From: Sphagnum compactum
Lineage: Eukaryota
Length of the DNA stretch: 64,000 nt
Reading direction: 5' to 3'
Assembly: GCA_965153455.1 (NCBI GenBank)
Contig: OZ234493.1
Location: 3,038,001 to 3,102,000, forward strand
The first letter of the stretch is position 1, and each line of letters starts with the position of its first letter. A program made the translations under genes and the position numbers. Positions 11,701-25,113 of the stretch are shown here, in pieces. The notes below the pieces were generated by a model. It ran no database searches. It was not told where the DNA came from and saw only the letters and a list, made by a program, of their open reading frames with translations.

Positions 11701-14190
11701 AGTCCAAGGCAGATGACAGTGACATTACCATTAATGCATGTTTCCCTAATTCCCACTGGGCCAACTCCATCTGTTGAGAGATAAAACTATAATCTTGTGA
11801 ACAAACACTAAGTTCACATGTCAAGGAAATGGACTACACATTGCAAAGAAATGCCTGTAGAAAGCTCATACTAACATCCCCAACTGAATTGGCAATGAGT
11901 GAGGGAAAGGCATTGTACGACATACAGAGAGTGAGAGAGACACCCCTAGATTTCTGTTTGAAAAGAGACACAGAAGGCAGCCTTCTAGCACCTCTCCAAG
12001 ATCTCTATACCCTAAACTCTCTCGCTGGTTGTTACTCTGTCTCAACTGACACAAGGCACAGACCCTGTTCCCATCTTGACTAGCACAAAATATACAACAA
12101 ATGCATGCACATTCCCATCTTGACTAGCAGAGACTGTACAACAAATGCATTCACATTCCCATCTTAAGCAACGCATTTGGAGAAGTCAAATGCTGGATTG
12201 AAAAAGCTGGAGCAGTATTGACCTGGCAAACCCAAAATCTGCAATCTTCAGCATAGCATTATTGTCATTGGTAGATAGAAGGAGATTCTGCAAAACAGCC
12301 CAACTTTCCAAGTCAGCAATGCATAAAGAAGATGGCAGTGAGATTCAAGTCAAAAAAAGCAAACATTCTGACTAAAGGGGCTGAATTTGAGCTTGGCCTC
12401 AAATAAAAATAGAGGACAACTTGAGAGTTGCATTAACATAATTAGACTCAGGCCTCTAGTATATTAAGCCACAATCTTGATTGGCATGTATATAACCCAC
12501 CACTAATAGTATCTTGCATCCAGACCAGTTCAGTAGGTAAACCTGTTCTGACTAATTTCAATTAGAGGAAAGAGGAACAAGCATATTGCCATTAACAGAG
12601 CACAAACCTAACCTGAGGCTTGAGGTCACGGTGTATCAAGTTGTTGTTGCGCAACACTTGAAGCCCAGCTCCTACAGATTATCCCCAAAAAGAATCTCAT
12701 AAATGGAAACGACTTAAAGATCACTCACCAGAAAGAGTACAGAAAAGAGACATGTGACCCAGTTCATCTTGAAAGCTTTGGATCCACACACCTGACTCAC
12801 AAGTATTCAGCTAAATGGTATCTCAAAGAAGTTAATTACCCACTACTCACAGCAAGACCTTTAGTTCAACATGCCTTCTCATTCTCTGAAATGGTTGCAA
12901 ATATGCATTGGACAGGTTAAAATGTTCTGCTTTCCTTGATAAGGTCGCAAACCCCTACCTAACTGGCGCATAAAGTGCCGGGCGGTTGCTTCAGAAACCC
13001 TGCCATACCGCTGGATGTATGCTGCCAAATCACCTCCAGCACAATACTCCAACACAAGGTATATTCGATTTGGAGCCTTGCAAATACCATCATCAATTCC
13101 AACCCAACAGAGCACACATCAATTTCTCCTGCATATAAGCCTTTAGACCTATCAATATGATGCAAAGAACAACAGAGAAGCAACCTAGGACCTTTTTCCT
13201 GCATGCATCCCAACAAAGGCAGACCTTCATAGAATAGCAGGAATCAAAAGTAAGCTTCAAACACCCCACAAAGGTAGACCAGCATCCAACAAAATTGTAA
13301 TGAGATGCTGCAGAGCACAACAGTAAAGAATCCAAAACCAATGCAAACACTAGCTTCACATGATCAGATAAAGAGGTCAAAAATGAAACTGGCATATGGC
13401 CCATGCAGCTCTTCTTTGTGTCCTCATCTGCATCCAGTAAGCATGCCAGATTTGCTCTTGACTACAACGACTAGTAGACTAGTTGCAGATGAGGCCTTGG
13501 CAGACAAATCCTGGATTTCTCAGAGAATAAAATCAGCAGACAATACCTCCACCAGAAACCCTGTGACTGCAGAATTTGACACCCCTTCAAACAGAAACCC
13601 TAACTCCAAAGGCTACACAGAGGAACAGCAGGAAATTCCTCCGTATAATCTTACACATATACTGGCTGATGTCCTAGAAAACATCCACGAGCTCTAAATA
13701 ATCCACAACCTCACGGGATTCCTCATGAATTTCCTTTCAAATTTGCAACCCAAAGAAAGCCCCTTGACTGTGAAATAGAGACTATTAGGTTACTTCGTCA
13801 TGTTTGTATCGAGCTTTCTGCTGCTCTCTTGCTAGGACATATGAAGTAGATTATATGGGGAAAATTGCGACAGTTGCACATAGCCAGATGCATAAAATTC
13901 CAAACCCTATTCGTTTTTCCACAGCAAGGGAAGCAGAACCACGGGCTGCTGCTAACCTCAACAATGTCATGAAGACGGATGATGTTGGGGTGGTCGGTCC
14001 GACGTAGGATGGCTATCTCGGACCGCAAACTCTCCTGCAGCTTCTTGTTCAACCGCTCTGTGATGATCTCCTTGATAGCCACGTGAAATTCCAGCTGCTG
14101 CTTATGGTGCGCCTTCCAGACCACGGCAAACGAGCCCGCCCCGATCTGCTCCGTCACCACATAATCCCCAATCTCCCGCGCACTCGACAT
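8759..14190 (-). CDS. ATG1: Serine/threonine-protein kinase ATG1 (autophagy initiation), 13 exons, ~687 aa
   Basis: Exons 14190-13957, 13076-12959, 12671-12613, 12287-12223, 11607-11514, 11377-11297, 11095-10984, 10833-10779, 10638-10268, 10153-9828, 9657-9411, 9170-9100 and 8989-8759. All introns are GT-AG and phases are consistent (2064 nt). Motifs: [44 protein letters not shown], and a C-terminal MIT-like region ([27 protein letters not shown]). Confidence 0.93.
12069..12165. repeat. Intronic tandem repeat, ~44 bp unit, ~2.3 copies
   Basis: TTCCCATCTTGACTAGCA...TACAACAAATGCAT.CACA repeated within ATG1 intron 4. Confidence 0.8.
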
Positions 14191-14874
14191 GATTACACCA
14201 TACAGCTTCTCTCTCTCTCTCTCTCTCTCCGTCACTCCCTCTCCTCCCTCACTCAATTTTGGCCGCGTTTCTTTATCGTTTCTTTTGGTTCCAAGCTCAA
14301 AAAAGTGGTTTTCTGCTGCTTTATAATTGATGAACAGTATGCCCAATGCTTTGTTTCTGCATCATGGAGCGCTTGCGAGCAGGAAACGCGAAGAGACCGT
14401 CGAGGCAAAAAAAGCATTTGGTCGACCCTGTGTTTTGTTTTCCCCATGCAACACGCCTCCAAAAGCCGACTAGCTAGCTCTGACGCCTGTGTCCGTCCTC
14501 CGGCCGTTTCAGGCGCCGCAATCGGCGAGCGACTTCGGCAGATTGGGGGGCCATGTGCGGCACCGTGAAACGTCTTGCGGTGATTACCGTTGATTTGGGA
14601 AATCCCAAATCTCATCTTTCAATCGTGAACGTTAGAAGTTTTCCAGATTTAGGCCCCTCATTTCCTCAGCTAAAATCGTGTCGGCGACCGTCACTAAAAA
14701 GCGCAACAGTTACGCACTCGGACGTAGGTATCTTTTTTTTTTCCTTTTTTTAAAATTTTTTTAAGAGGCGCACCCAATCGCTGCTGACCTCAACAATGGA
14801 GTGTTTCTCACTCAAGGAATTTAGCTCATCTCTAGGCTACCTTGTTCTATGTAGGCTAAAGGCCCAGGCCACAA

Positions 14875-15475
14875 GGACATTCCCAAAATAAGCCGCCCCC
14901 CAAAGGCCCGGGGCTGGTTATTTTGGGAATGCCCCCGCCGCCCAAGGGCCTTACCTGGCGTTAAAACTGTGACAGTAAATTTTGTTTCAACATTCACTTG
15001 ATACCCGGTGAGAACCAGGCAGGTACCCTCCACGCACCTCAGTTTTTTTTTTAAACCTAAAATTTTTATACCTAGTGGATATCCTTCTGGTACCCACCGG
15101 GTTTGACAGTAAAAAAAAAAAACAAAACAGAAAAAAGAATTTAACATGGGTTTTTTTTAAAAATGACATGCCCATCCCCAACATGTAAAGTGAAAGGAAA
15201 GCCCACAGACATACATCATGAAGCTCATGAACGTGCATCCTAAAGCCCCCCATGAACGTACATCATTTAAAGCCCACTGATGTGCATCAACTTTCACAAA
15301 GCCTATCGGCCTTTTTTCCTTATTTTGATACCCGTCGGGTATCGCAAGGGAAAAAACAATTCAAGCCGGTTTTTACTTTTTTTACACCAGGTAAAAGCCC
15401 TCAGGCTGAGGCTATTACCAAAATTTGGGGCTCCCCTTGGCGCCTGCCTCAGGGCCCCTTATTCTGGTAAAGCCC
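14875..15475. mobile_element. Foldback/MITE-like element upstream of ATG1
   Basis: Inverted pair AGGGCCTTACCTGGCGTTAAAA (14945-) and TTTTACACCAGGTAAAAGCCCT (-15401). Flanked on the left by a perfect 14 bp stem (14878-14891/14918-14931) and on the right by an imperfect stem (~15410-15475). Confidence 0.5.
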
Positions 15476-16033
15476 CACCCCACAGCCCCCCCCCATGAGT
15501 GGGATTTCTAGGAAGTAATTTCATCATTTTTACACCTGGATGGTGTAAGAGATATTGAATTTTTAGTATTTTTCTCACTGGAAATTCAGTAAAATCCTCA
15601 AAAAAATTTGAAAATTCAATATCAATTAGTACATCTTTACAAAAATGTTATTTTTTCAATTTTGAGCTGTTGCTCAAGAGGTGATCGATCATCCCTTTGA
15701 ATATTTAACCAAATTTGAAGATATTCAAAATATGAAAGTGAAAAAATAATAATTAAGCACCCATTCATGTCATAGGCTATTGTGGTGATTTTTTATGAAT
15801 GTTTTTGGTTTTTTTTTTTTGACAATTTTTTTTTTAAAACCTGGAATTTGTTACATATTTGTCAATACATTTTTCACAAAATTGGTAGGTGCCAAAAAAA
15901 AATCACCCGTTCACACTTGGGGCCAATGGGAACAACTCTTTTGCTTCCCTCAAAACAAAATTTCCACTTGCAACATATTATTCGGTGAGGGGTTGTCCCT
16001 GTTGAGTTTTTTAGTACCATAGTACACGTTTTG

Positions 16034-16414
16034 TTATCTTCTTGTGTGGGGGTTGTCGGTGGACTGCTTTGCATACCTTCTTTTTAAGCGTGCTCTTTCT
16101 CCTTTCATATATCGCCTTACACAATCCCTAAAGCCAGCAGCACTTAATTCACCACCTACATATTCAAATTTCCCATCCAAGTGCAAGCGGAGTCTAGCCA
16201 TGTCTACAGGGTCCTGTTCTGTAACCTTAACCACTGCCATGTTCAAAGTCCGAGGTGCTAGCGACCTAATTGCACCATCCCATGCATCCTTCCCTTCACA
16301 TGCACCATCAATTTTGCCATGCCTTGTCACTTGCACCTTATGGCCTGGTAAGCCTTTTTCCTTTTGTTCTTGGGCTTCAAATTCTATAGCTCGCTTTGAA
16401 GCCCGTTGTTGCAT
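16034..16414 (-). mobile_element. TE-associated ORF fragment (possibly En/Spm-like accessory protein)
   Basis: Clean 126 aa ORF (WDGAIRSLAPRTL...FEYVGGELS...FRDCVRRYMKGERARLK) that resembles repeat-derived moss ORFs from memory. It is truncated and I could not build a host gene model. Confidence 0.35.
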
Positions 16415-16989
16415 CTACTTCTATTTCATTGTCCAAGGCCATGTCTGGTGCTTGCCCGCCCATGGGTGAATGTGGTTGCACCCTTTGACATAGCCCCTGA
16501 TCACATACACCCCCTCCTTCACCCCATGTTGATTCACACATGTTGCTTCTAGCCCTTCCACAAGTGGCACAATAGTTTGTAAGTTTTTGTGCCCAGGGCT
16601 CAATCTTACCTTCCAATTAGGACATTGTGACACTTGGCAACAACTCCACTGTCTTGTCTGCCCACATTGTCCAGCATTCCATGTGCATTCTGAACTTCCA
16701 ACACCATGTTTACATGCCTGATTATTGCACCTTGCAAAGTCACCACCATGCTTGCCACTTTGTACTGTTGTCGATGTGTTCTTTTGCAGTGGCATTCACC
16801 ATATTGACTTCTGGTCCGGTTTCAACCCGAGCTTTCTTTGATGTTGCTTTCTTTTCTCAAGCACACACACAACATGTTATACATAGGGAATGGGTAGAAG
16901 CTAGCAAAACATACAGTCTGGTCATATATTGTCAACATGAGACATGTAAATCCAAAAAAAACAGAGATTCCTATGGCAAACTTTTCAAT

Positions 16990-17900
16990 CATGAACAACC
17001 CTAATCACACAAATAGGGCTATATATCAAAGGCATGCACATAAAGACTGATGACATTGAAGACAACCAACAAAGTTTTTGGTAAGAAATTCAGAAAACAC
17101 CTTCCCATGAGGTATAACTTTATAGAGGAAATCCAATTTTCTTTTGTATCCAGCCAAAAGTTCTATGGAAAGAACATACGGATCACTAAGGTAATCCAGT
17201 GATGAATCATGACAGATAGGATCTTTCTACAGAAGAAGGGCACACGAAGAGATAATGGAGCACAACCAACAGCAAGGGATTGACTTTGGACTTCCGAACC
17301 TTTTGGGATGCACAACAGAAAATTTAGGACCTTCTTAGGTACCCATTAAAACATAACATAGGACTGTTACAAACTTGGCTACACAACCTTCTTTCTAAGT
17401 CATACGATTTGGAAAGTACAGAATGAAGGATAGCCATCCATTTCTTCCTACTGTTGTGGCAACAAGATTGAACCTTTGACGTTCAATTTTCCCATTTGAA
17501 TCCATAAATCTCCCATAATTTTTTCATTAGCAAAGATATTAAAAGAACAAAAAGCTTCTTTGACTTAGGCACATACGAAGAGTTTTAAATCAATAACAGA
17601 ATTGGTGAGCTTTTCCAATATTCGGGCTTCTCTTACATGCTCTTAGGATCTTGCAAAAACTGAGCTACAGGTTTGACCATCATATAGCACTTAACTGGAA
17701 CCAGTGTTACGGATTACATAGATGACACCTCTATATGAAACAGAACAAATTTTGGCAACAAGTTTGAGGTGCTTTTGCCTTAACCTTCTAAGCCTGTTGA
17801 GAGACTTTAATTAACCCTTTACAGAACACAGCATGATCAGCAAATTCCTGAAAGAAAACCATTTCATATTTGCATTACTGAAATCATGGAGATTTATAAG
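16990..17900 (-). pseudogene. GIY-YIG endonuclease module, copy 2, more decayed
   Basis: Reads CSVSYRGVIYVIRNTGSS*VLYMGQTCSSVFARS*EHVREAR...WMAILHSVLSKSYDL...HRTFG, collinear with copy 1 at an offset of ~1.38 kb. Confidence 0.75.
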
Positions 17901-18329
17901 ATTATTTCTGGACATGAAAGAAAACCTGATACAAAAGAAAAACTCTGATGAACAAAAAGGGCACAATTCTAGATCTTAACTGAAAGTTTGAAGACACTCT
18001 GGATAAAGGCAATAATTTCCAAGAATAGTGATAGACTTTGCAAGCTCTGAATTTAAAGAAATGTTTACCACCTCAAGCAAAAACCTCCAATCTTGATAAA
18101 GGAAATCAAGAAAAAGTGAATTACCAAGACCCCTACAACACCACAGACCCATGTGTCTGGAATACGGAAGTGGTCCAATGCACACCTACTGGATCCATCA
18201 TTGGCTTGTGAGTTCTCCATCCCTTTCTACACCATGTTTAATACCAGCAACCTCAACCTTTGTACAAAGAAGAATCAGAAGAGGTTTGAACCACTAAGGA
18301 ATCACGAGTCCTCTTCTGTACAAACAAAA

Positions 18330-19280
18330 GAACTTTGGCCTTCCACTCACTTAATACATGGCCAACATCAAGACCGAGAACAGAAGGAGAAAACTCAGAC
18401 AGCAACATAAGCATACGAACCAAGTTCTTAGTCTTATACTTGGAGAGAAAAACAATAGAAAACTTACCTTGAGACATAAGAGAAGAAAGGAAAACCAGCA
18501 TTCTATTGTAATCTCTGTAGCCAAAAAATCTGTGAGGAGAAAGGTGAGGGATCCCACTATGATTTGGTTTCACATCATCAGAAGGAGAACCAGTCTCCTC
18601 AAAAACTGGCGAAGAAGGAGGAGGTAAACTTACAGCAACATTAGGAATAACATTGAGAGGAACCCAAACATTGTTAAAAGGACGAGCAAATGAAGGCTTG
18701 CTGCCCTTTCTCCACAACATTGCAAAAGCTTTATGTACCCTAGGAGAACGTCTATTGTTTGACTTGCCTTCTAGGTTGTAACCCTTTGGAAAGAAAGTGT
18801 GTAAAATACTCATCCATTTTCTTTCCAATTGAGAGGCAACAACCTTAAACAAGTTCAGAGCAAAACGACCTCCAGAATCAAAGAAATTCCCATCTACTTT
18901 TTCAATATGAAAAACTCTGAAGGAATGGAACCCTCTTTAGCAATGGCAGCATATAGTGGCTTAAAATCAAATTACGAACTAGCAAATTTAGACAATCTTT
19001 TAGCTTCTCTTATATGCTCTTGGAATCTCTCAAAGGCAGACTTACATGTGGAACCAACATATAGCATTCTACTATTATTGACACTGTAAATAACATAAAT
19101 TACCCCCTTATCTGAAAATGGACAGAGGCTAGTTGAAGAATTAAGGTGTTCTTGCCTAAGCCTTCTATCATAGTTGAGAGACTTAATGTTGAAGACAGAA
19201 AAATGAGTATTGGAAATTACCTTTTTAACTGGGCCCCATTTTATGTTTCCATTTCCAAATTTATGGAGCTTATGTGCTGT
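18330..19280 (-). pseudogene. GIY-YIG endonuclease module, copy 1 (Penelope-like element type), disabled
   Basis: Reads CPFSDKGVIYVIYSVNNSRMLYVGSTCKSAFERFQEH, then a stop (18972-18974) and a frameshift (~18930), then FRVFHIEKV...LERKWMSILHTFFPKGYNL (ORF 18253-18852). Confidence 0.8.
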
Positions 19281-22200
19281 AACATGTAAACCCAGAAGAC
19301 AATACTAGATATTCTACAAGTGGCCATCTCTAATGTGCAGTTTAAGGGCCAGTAAGCACATATCAGTTCTCATGTAACAAACGGGGCATTTGGACTAGTA
19401 AGACAAGCACGCAATCCCTAAAGAAAAAACTGATTTGCAAACTCATCAGGGAGACAATTCTAGTTTGGTAATTATACTTCTTCACATTCTTCAGGCACAA
19501 AAGCCCACAGAGCATCACATCTCTTTACAGTGTGGCTTGTGCAGTTGGAAGACAATCTTCACAATAATGCATCTACAGTAATCAGATGCAATGTCACTGC
19601 TTCTTGAGGAATCTTGGAGGGGGATAAAATGTAGCATTCAGTTCAGATATGATGTCAGAAGAGAAAGAAGAGAAGAAAGTTTTGTTTGTCTCTGTTTGTG
19701 TTATATCAAATATGATGGTGAATGCAAAACAGGTGTGCACCAAGTCCACAGATGATAAGGAACGATGCAAAGGAGCTCAGTGTTCAACCCAGGAAATACA
19801 ACAGTCATTTTTCATAATAAAACATGATGGGTGTACTTAGAAAGTACTAGAAATGGTCTTACAAAGTAGTCATACATCCATGAATTAATCAATCAATCAA
19901 ACAAACAAATAATCAATCAATCAATCAAATTTGTCTACCTTTCATCATCATGGCCTGGATATGTTGATGCCCTTTGATTTAAGATGACATCCATCATCAC
20001 CACTCTTGTCCCCAAAAGAAAACCCCTTAACAATATTTACATTATTATTCCTTCCTTCCTTCCTTTCTTTTCACCTTTATACACTGACTGATAATTGAGT
20101 AAATTCAAGCTGAAGTTGACTGTACATTTTTGTACAGATTACCATATTGTTTGTTGTCCAGTGCCAGTCATAATGACAAAAAAACAACATAGCACACGAA
20201 TAACAACAAGCACCCAAAACCAAACAAAACTGCAAATCAAAACCCACCAAGCACCCAAAACAAAATAAACCCTGCAAATCAAAACCCACAAGCACCCAAA
20301 GCTCGTGATCTAGATTTGAGTTTTTTAGCTCTTTGATAATGCTATGTGGAGTTTGAGTTGAACTTGTTAGTAGCTTTTTTGATAACCTTATGTGGAGCTT
20401 GAGTTGAGCTCTTTCTTTGACCGAATAACGTAAGTTTTTAGAGCCAAGATGAACCTTATCTCTTTGACCATCCATGTGCAACTCTGGAGAATTTTAACTG
20501 AGTTGGAAGTTTAGTTTTGTCATGCTCCTAGATCGTCGTCATCAAATAAGCTTTGGGACAATGTTCCACTGTGTGGCTAAAAAGCATATACATAACATGA
20601 CAGAAGAAGAATGACACCGAAGTTTTGCCTGCCGACTACATATATGACTAACTAACTTGAACAGATTGATGATCATATCTTTTCACCCTTTCATGACCTA
20701 TATATGCTATGTACGACAGACATTGCAAAATAGCTACCAAAGACCCCAAAATATGATGAGACCATGTGTAAATTAGGTGACCCAAAAAAAACAAAGAGAG
20801 TGAGGTATTGCCACCCATCTCACCCTCTTCATTAATTCCATGATCCTTCCCCTCAAATCATTAGCAAAACAATCCATCTGTCAAAAATAAAACAAAAAAA
20901 AGATCTTTGAAAATCTTTAAGGAATCTGTAAGGAAACAATACACTACTGCAGCAAAAACATGACATTTGGATGATTGGATTGTTGGAAAAAACAATTAGT
21001 CACACATGAGATTGCATCAAACAACACAAAATCACACACACCAGACTGCAGGAAAACACAAAATTGCACACCAGAAAACAAAAAATCACATACCAGGCTA
21101 CCAAAATCAGACACCAAAATTGCAGCAAAAGACACAAAATCACATAGTACCAGATTGCAGAAGAAAACACATAGCAGACACAGAGGGAGGGAGGTCGGGG
21201 CACAGAGTTAGGCTGAGTCACAAAGCCTATGGGGGGGAGTCTTTTTAATGTTTGTTAACATTTTACCAGAATTTGTTTGTCTGTTTTGTTATAGATCTTG
21301 CCTGTTTTTATTCTGCTTCAGTTTCATTTGCTAGAATAAACTTCAACTCAATACGGACTAGTAAGGCTCATAGGACCAATCACAAATCTCACAAATATTG
21401 TGCCTTCAATAATGTTGTTACTTCTAGTATCTTTGACATCAAAATGGACCTCAAAAACAATATTTGATGGGGGGGGGGGGGAGGGGTACATTACATTTGG
21501 TGTGGGGGTCCGTTTGCTAGGTGCCTTATTCTGTTCCTTCATAATTGAAGATGCAACTGGCAGCTCAGAACCTTCTGACTCCTCTGCATTTGAGTTGTAG
21601 TCGCTGCTACATGAAGTGTCGCATTCACTAGATGCTGCTGATGTCGACGACCCTTCCTCTTCCACCACATGACGATGTGGTTTTCCAACATTCCTAGTGT
21701 TCCTCCTCTTGCTTTGGTGTCCAAGCGTTCTCCCATCCACCACCTTTTGGGTGGACTTCTTACTTGTCTTCTTCCTCCCTTGCATGGTTGTTGAGTTCAT
21801 GAAGTGACGACTGCCAAGTGACCGAGTGTCTCCAAAATACAGCAAAGGAGTAATTAGTTTGGATTAAGACTGTCTCAATAAGCACATGACCACTAACTAG
21901 CATACAAACCTAATTTAAAGCTATGCATGTAGTAAAAGATTACCAGAAACCCTATTTCATGGTAGCACCGAACACATCGATTTCAGTCCCTAAACCCTAA
22001 CCCCATGAAAATTTTAGAATAGATTGGAATTCGGAGAGTAGCTACAACCTAACACTAGAACAAAGACTATTGAAGCGTGTTCAAACTATTTGGTAGGCGT
22101 ATACACAAATCTCACGCACATAGTCGGACTTCCAAACTCTTTCATACAGTGCAGGCAATGGAGATTGCACGATCCATTACTAAATTCTGTATGGGCCTCT

Positions 22201-23324
22201 CCATTTATGCACCTGAAGACAAGTCTAAGAAGAACTCACAATTCTTGGGCGCTTCCTTCAACTTCTGCAAGTCGTTGTTTGAGTTGAGCAACGCGCATGT
22301 TACATGCTAAAATGTAGGGGTTTGGCGTTGTTTCTTCGGGATCAGCATCCACTGGTCCTTCATCGTGACCCACTGTACCATCAACATCACTGATGACTGC
22401 ATTTTCGTCATGCTCCATCTGTACCTTACTCAAACAACTAGCCTTATGTTGGTCTTGCCTTAGAAATGCTAATTGTTATGTTATGCCACAAGCCTCCCCA
22501 ATGCTTCTACTCTTCCAAGTCTAGAAAAGTTGGTTTTTAGGGAAAGCCTAACAACCTTTGCAGTTTGAACTTGAACATGTTGAGCCCACACACAAGCATT
22601 TAATAGCTACCAATTCCCATGTATAGTACAAACCCTCATTTATTCTGGGGTACCTTTTAGATAGTTGCAACCAATTTTATTTCTTTAGAAGGGTGTGAAT
22701 AGGAACCTAACAAGGAGCATATTTTGCACATTAGGCTGATACTTCTGATTTTTCAGTCTGCACATCTAATTGGTCTAGGTAAAGTTCATGCAGTTTGTAG
22801 CAGTTTGTAGTTCATCAGTATATGAAATGTGTGAGTTTAGGGCTAACAATGATTTCATGATGTTCAAACATAATGCTAACATTTGTTGTGCATGGGGTAG
22901 TGTCCAAGGTAGATGTTGTGCATTGGAGGTATGATCTCCAATGTGCAGATTTGTCTAGTTCAAAAAATATAGTTAAAAAATCACTTCAATGTTCAAAATC
23001 AATACTTGGCAAGTAAATTGGAGTTGGCATATCCATTGGCGCTTTGTCAAAAGAAAAAACATGGTTGGACAGTAAACAATGTTCAAGTTGTAAAATCACA
23101 ATTTTTTAAATTACCATTAGTTAGCCAAAATAGGCTAAAATAGTATAATGCACATGTTGTAATTTGTAAGATATTCTGACTAGATGCAATGGCTCTGCCT
23201 TCTGCTTCTCTGGGTTTGTTTTCTCTCGGCTGGAGAAAACATCAAGGGCAGAGGGCAAGGCCCCTACCTATCAGTACACACCATACCACCCTCCTCAACT
23301 TAAAAACAGCCAAGAAGTTCAGCC

Positions 23325-23489
23325 AACGGTAATGGGCCGTTTCAGATCTTCAATCTGCTGTACATAGTTGATGGACCTTCCAATACCACCATGCATGCAA
23401 CTGATTTTTCTCTCTACGACAGCAGCAAGAGGCAGCCAGTTAAATAGCTTATTGACGCGCTGCCATACCCAAATGCCATCACGTTCTCC
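23325..23489 (-). pseudogene. BSL1: Isolated exon fragment of a BSU1-like (BSL1-type) Kelch phosphatase catalytic domain
   Basis: After a TGCAG acceptor it reads GERDGIWVWQRVNKLFNWLPLAAVVERKISCMHGGIGRSINYVQQIEDLKRPITV, then breaks off before the expected DLLWSDP. Confidence 0.8.
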
Positions 23490-24016
23490 CTGCATAATAT
23501 CAGTTCACAGGAAAACATTGTGAGGAACACTGGGTCCTGAGTTGCAACAGAAATTTCCCAAGAATGGCACATTTGGTAGTCAATTTTTCACAATGGTACT
23601 ACTCACCGAGACTTCTTTGTATAAGAATGGATATCCATCAACATTGCATCAGAGAAAATTGTGAGTCTATGTCTAACATGCGTGGATGGAAGAGAAAAGG
23701 CACAAACCATGTGTTCAATGCACTCAATGCGAAACCCTCTATCACATTGACCCTCTCTCTCAGTTCAACTACTTTGTTTGTGCTCACTTGTCCTACTTAG
23801 AACACTAGACAGTCAGAAGTAGAAATAAGTTCCCACATTCTACACCTACTGAGCAGGCAGGCTTATATCAGCATATCAAAGTCAACTGGGATGGTGATCT
23901 CCAACTAGTGCTGCTACATGCACAGGAATACATCGAGTCTAATTGGACTTGAGGCCACAGATTTACTTGGACAAAACAACTTGCAAACCTAGACAGGTGA
24001 ATATAAAAAGACATAC

Positions 24017-25113
24017 CTACAAGTTCCCTGCCATTGACGTATGGTCCCAATGCATTGATCTTCACAAATTTGTACTTCATGGCAGGCATCTGGATGGAGG
24101 CTGCATCCTCATGAACTTCTTCAACCTCAGAGTTGGCATTCAATGTCATCTCATAGTCATTATTCACATTTGAAAACTGCTTGTTTGCAACTCGCAGGCT
24201 GCCCTTGGTTATGAAGTACACCTGCACTTCAGGCCAGATTGCACAAACTAGGTTAGCTTGAGCACATGTCTACAAAGGGAATGAGGAAGCCCTGTCATCG
24301 TAGTCTGCAAACACACCACTTTGTAAGTTCAGCAGTGAAACCAAACTACAATGTCCACTAAAAGAAATGGTTGTATGTATGCTGCACCTTTCCTAATTGT
24401 AGTTTGTCAAAGAACTTGTCAGCTGCCTCTTTGAACATGGTTGCTAGAATCTGTGTTCCCTGAAGAAAAGTTTCATTTGACAAAAACATAAAGCTTGGGC
24501 CTTAGTTACAGGGAGACAATAGAGATTGCACATAGTGACAAAAAACACGAGAAAGAATGACGTAGGGGCATACATCTTCATCAGTGAGCTCCACGTTGAA
24601 CACATTGCCTGCCCTCGTGCATTCTTGAAGGAGCGCGGAGGTCCTTTACTGGTCACCCGCACTTTGATTGTCCAGTTTCCTTGATATGGATTAAGAGATA
24701 GTGTTGTGGGTGTATTCTCCTTAAGATACCCATCATCGAAGCAGGTGCAGAACTACAACCACCAATAAAATTCACATCAAAGCACCACCCATTGTTCAAT
24801 GACAGATCAGCACTGCTGCAAGATTGTAAAGGTACTTCCTGAGAGACATCTGAATATCTCAACTGGAACTCTAACAGACAGTGCATCAGCCAAACAAAAT
24901 GGTCAATGAAGAAATTCTTACTTTCCTCGCTGCTCCTGCACAATCTGGCCAGCAGATCTGAAATTGTGGTTGCCTTTGCTTGCCTTGGATTCTACTTGGA
25001 AGGTTGGCTTCACCTCCAATCTGATAGTAGGCTTCACGTCCATCTCTTGCTTGATGCCATGCTCAAACTCTAGCGCAGGTCCTACAACATCTCCTTTGGT
25101 GATCATCAGGACA
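24017..25113 (-). pseudogene. RPA1B: Internal fragment of replication protein A 70 kDa subunit (RPA70B/D type); 4 exons with introns, frameshifted
   Basis: Exons 25113-24922, 24752-24574, 24459-24388 and 24221-24017 read SAGQIVQEQRG, LSLNPYQGNWTIKVRVTSKG, GNVFNVELTDED, GTQILATMF and VYFITKGSLRVANKQF...YEMTLN. Frameshifts near 24705 and 24610. No 5' or 3' exons were found. Confidence 0.87.

Noticed and set aside
14191-14346. In-frame N-terminal extension of ATG1 from a TTG
   Set aside because: It runs through a (GA)n tract typical of a 5' UTR, and kinase homology starts at the ATG at 14190.
17040-19450. Hammerhead ribozyme cores near the GIY-YIG units (CTGATGA at ~17047 +, ~17945 +, ~19449 -)
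   Set aside because: I could see no stem II followed by a correctly placed GAAA; a covariance-model search would be needed.
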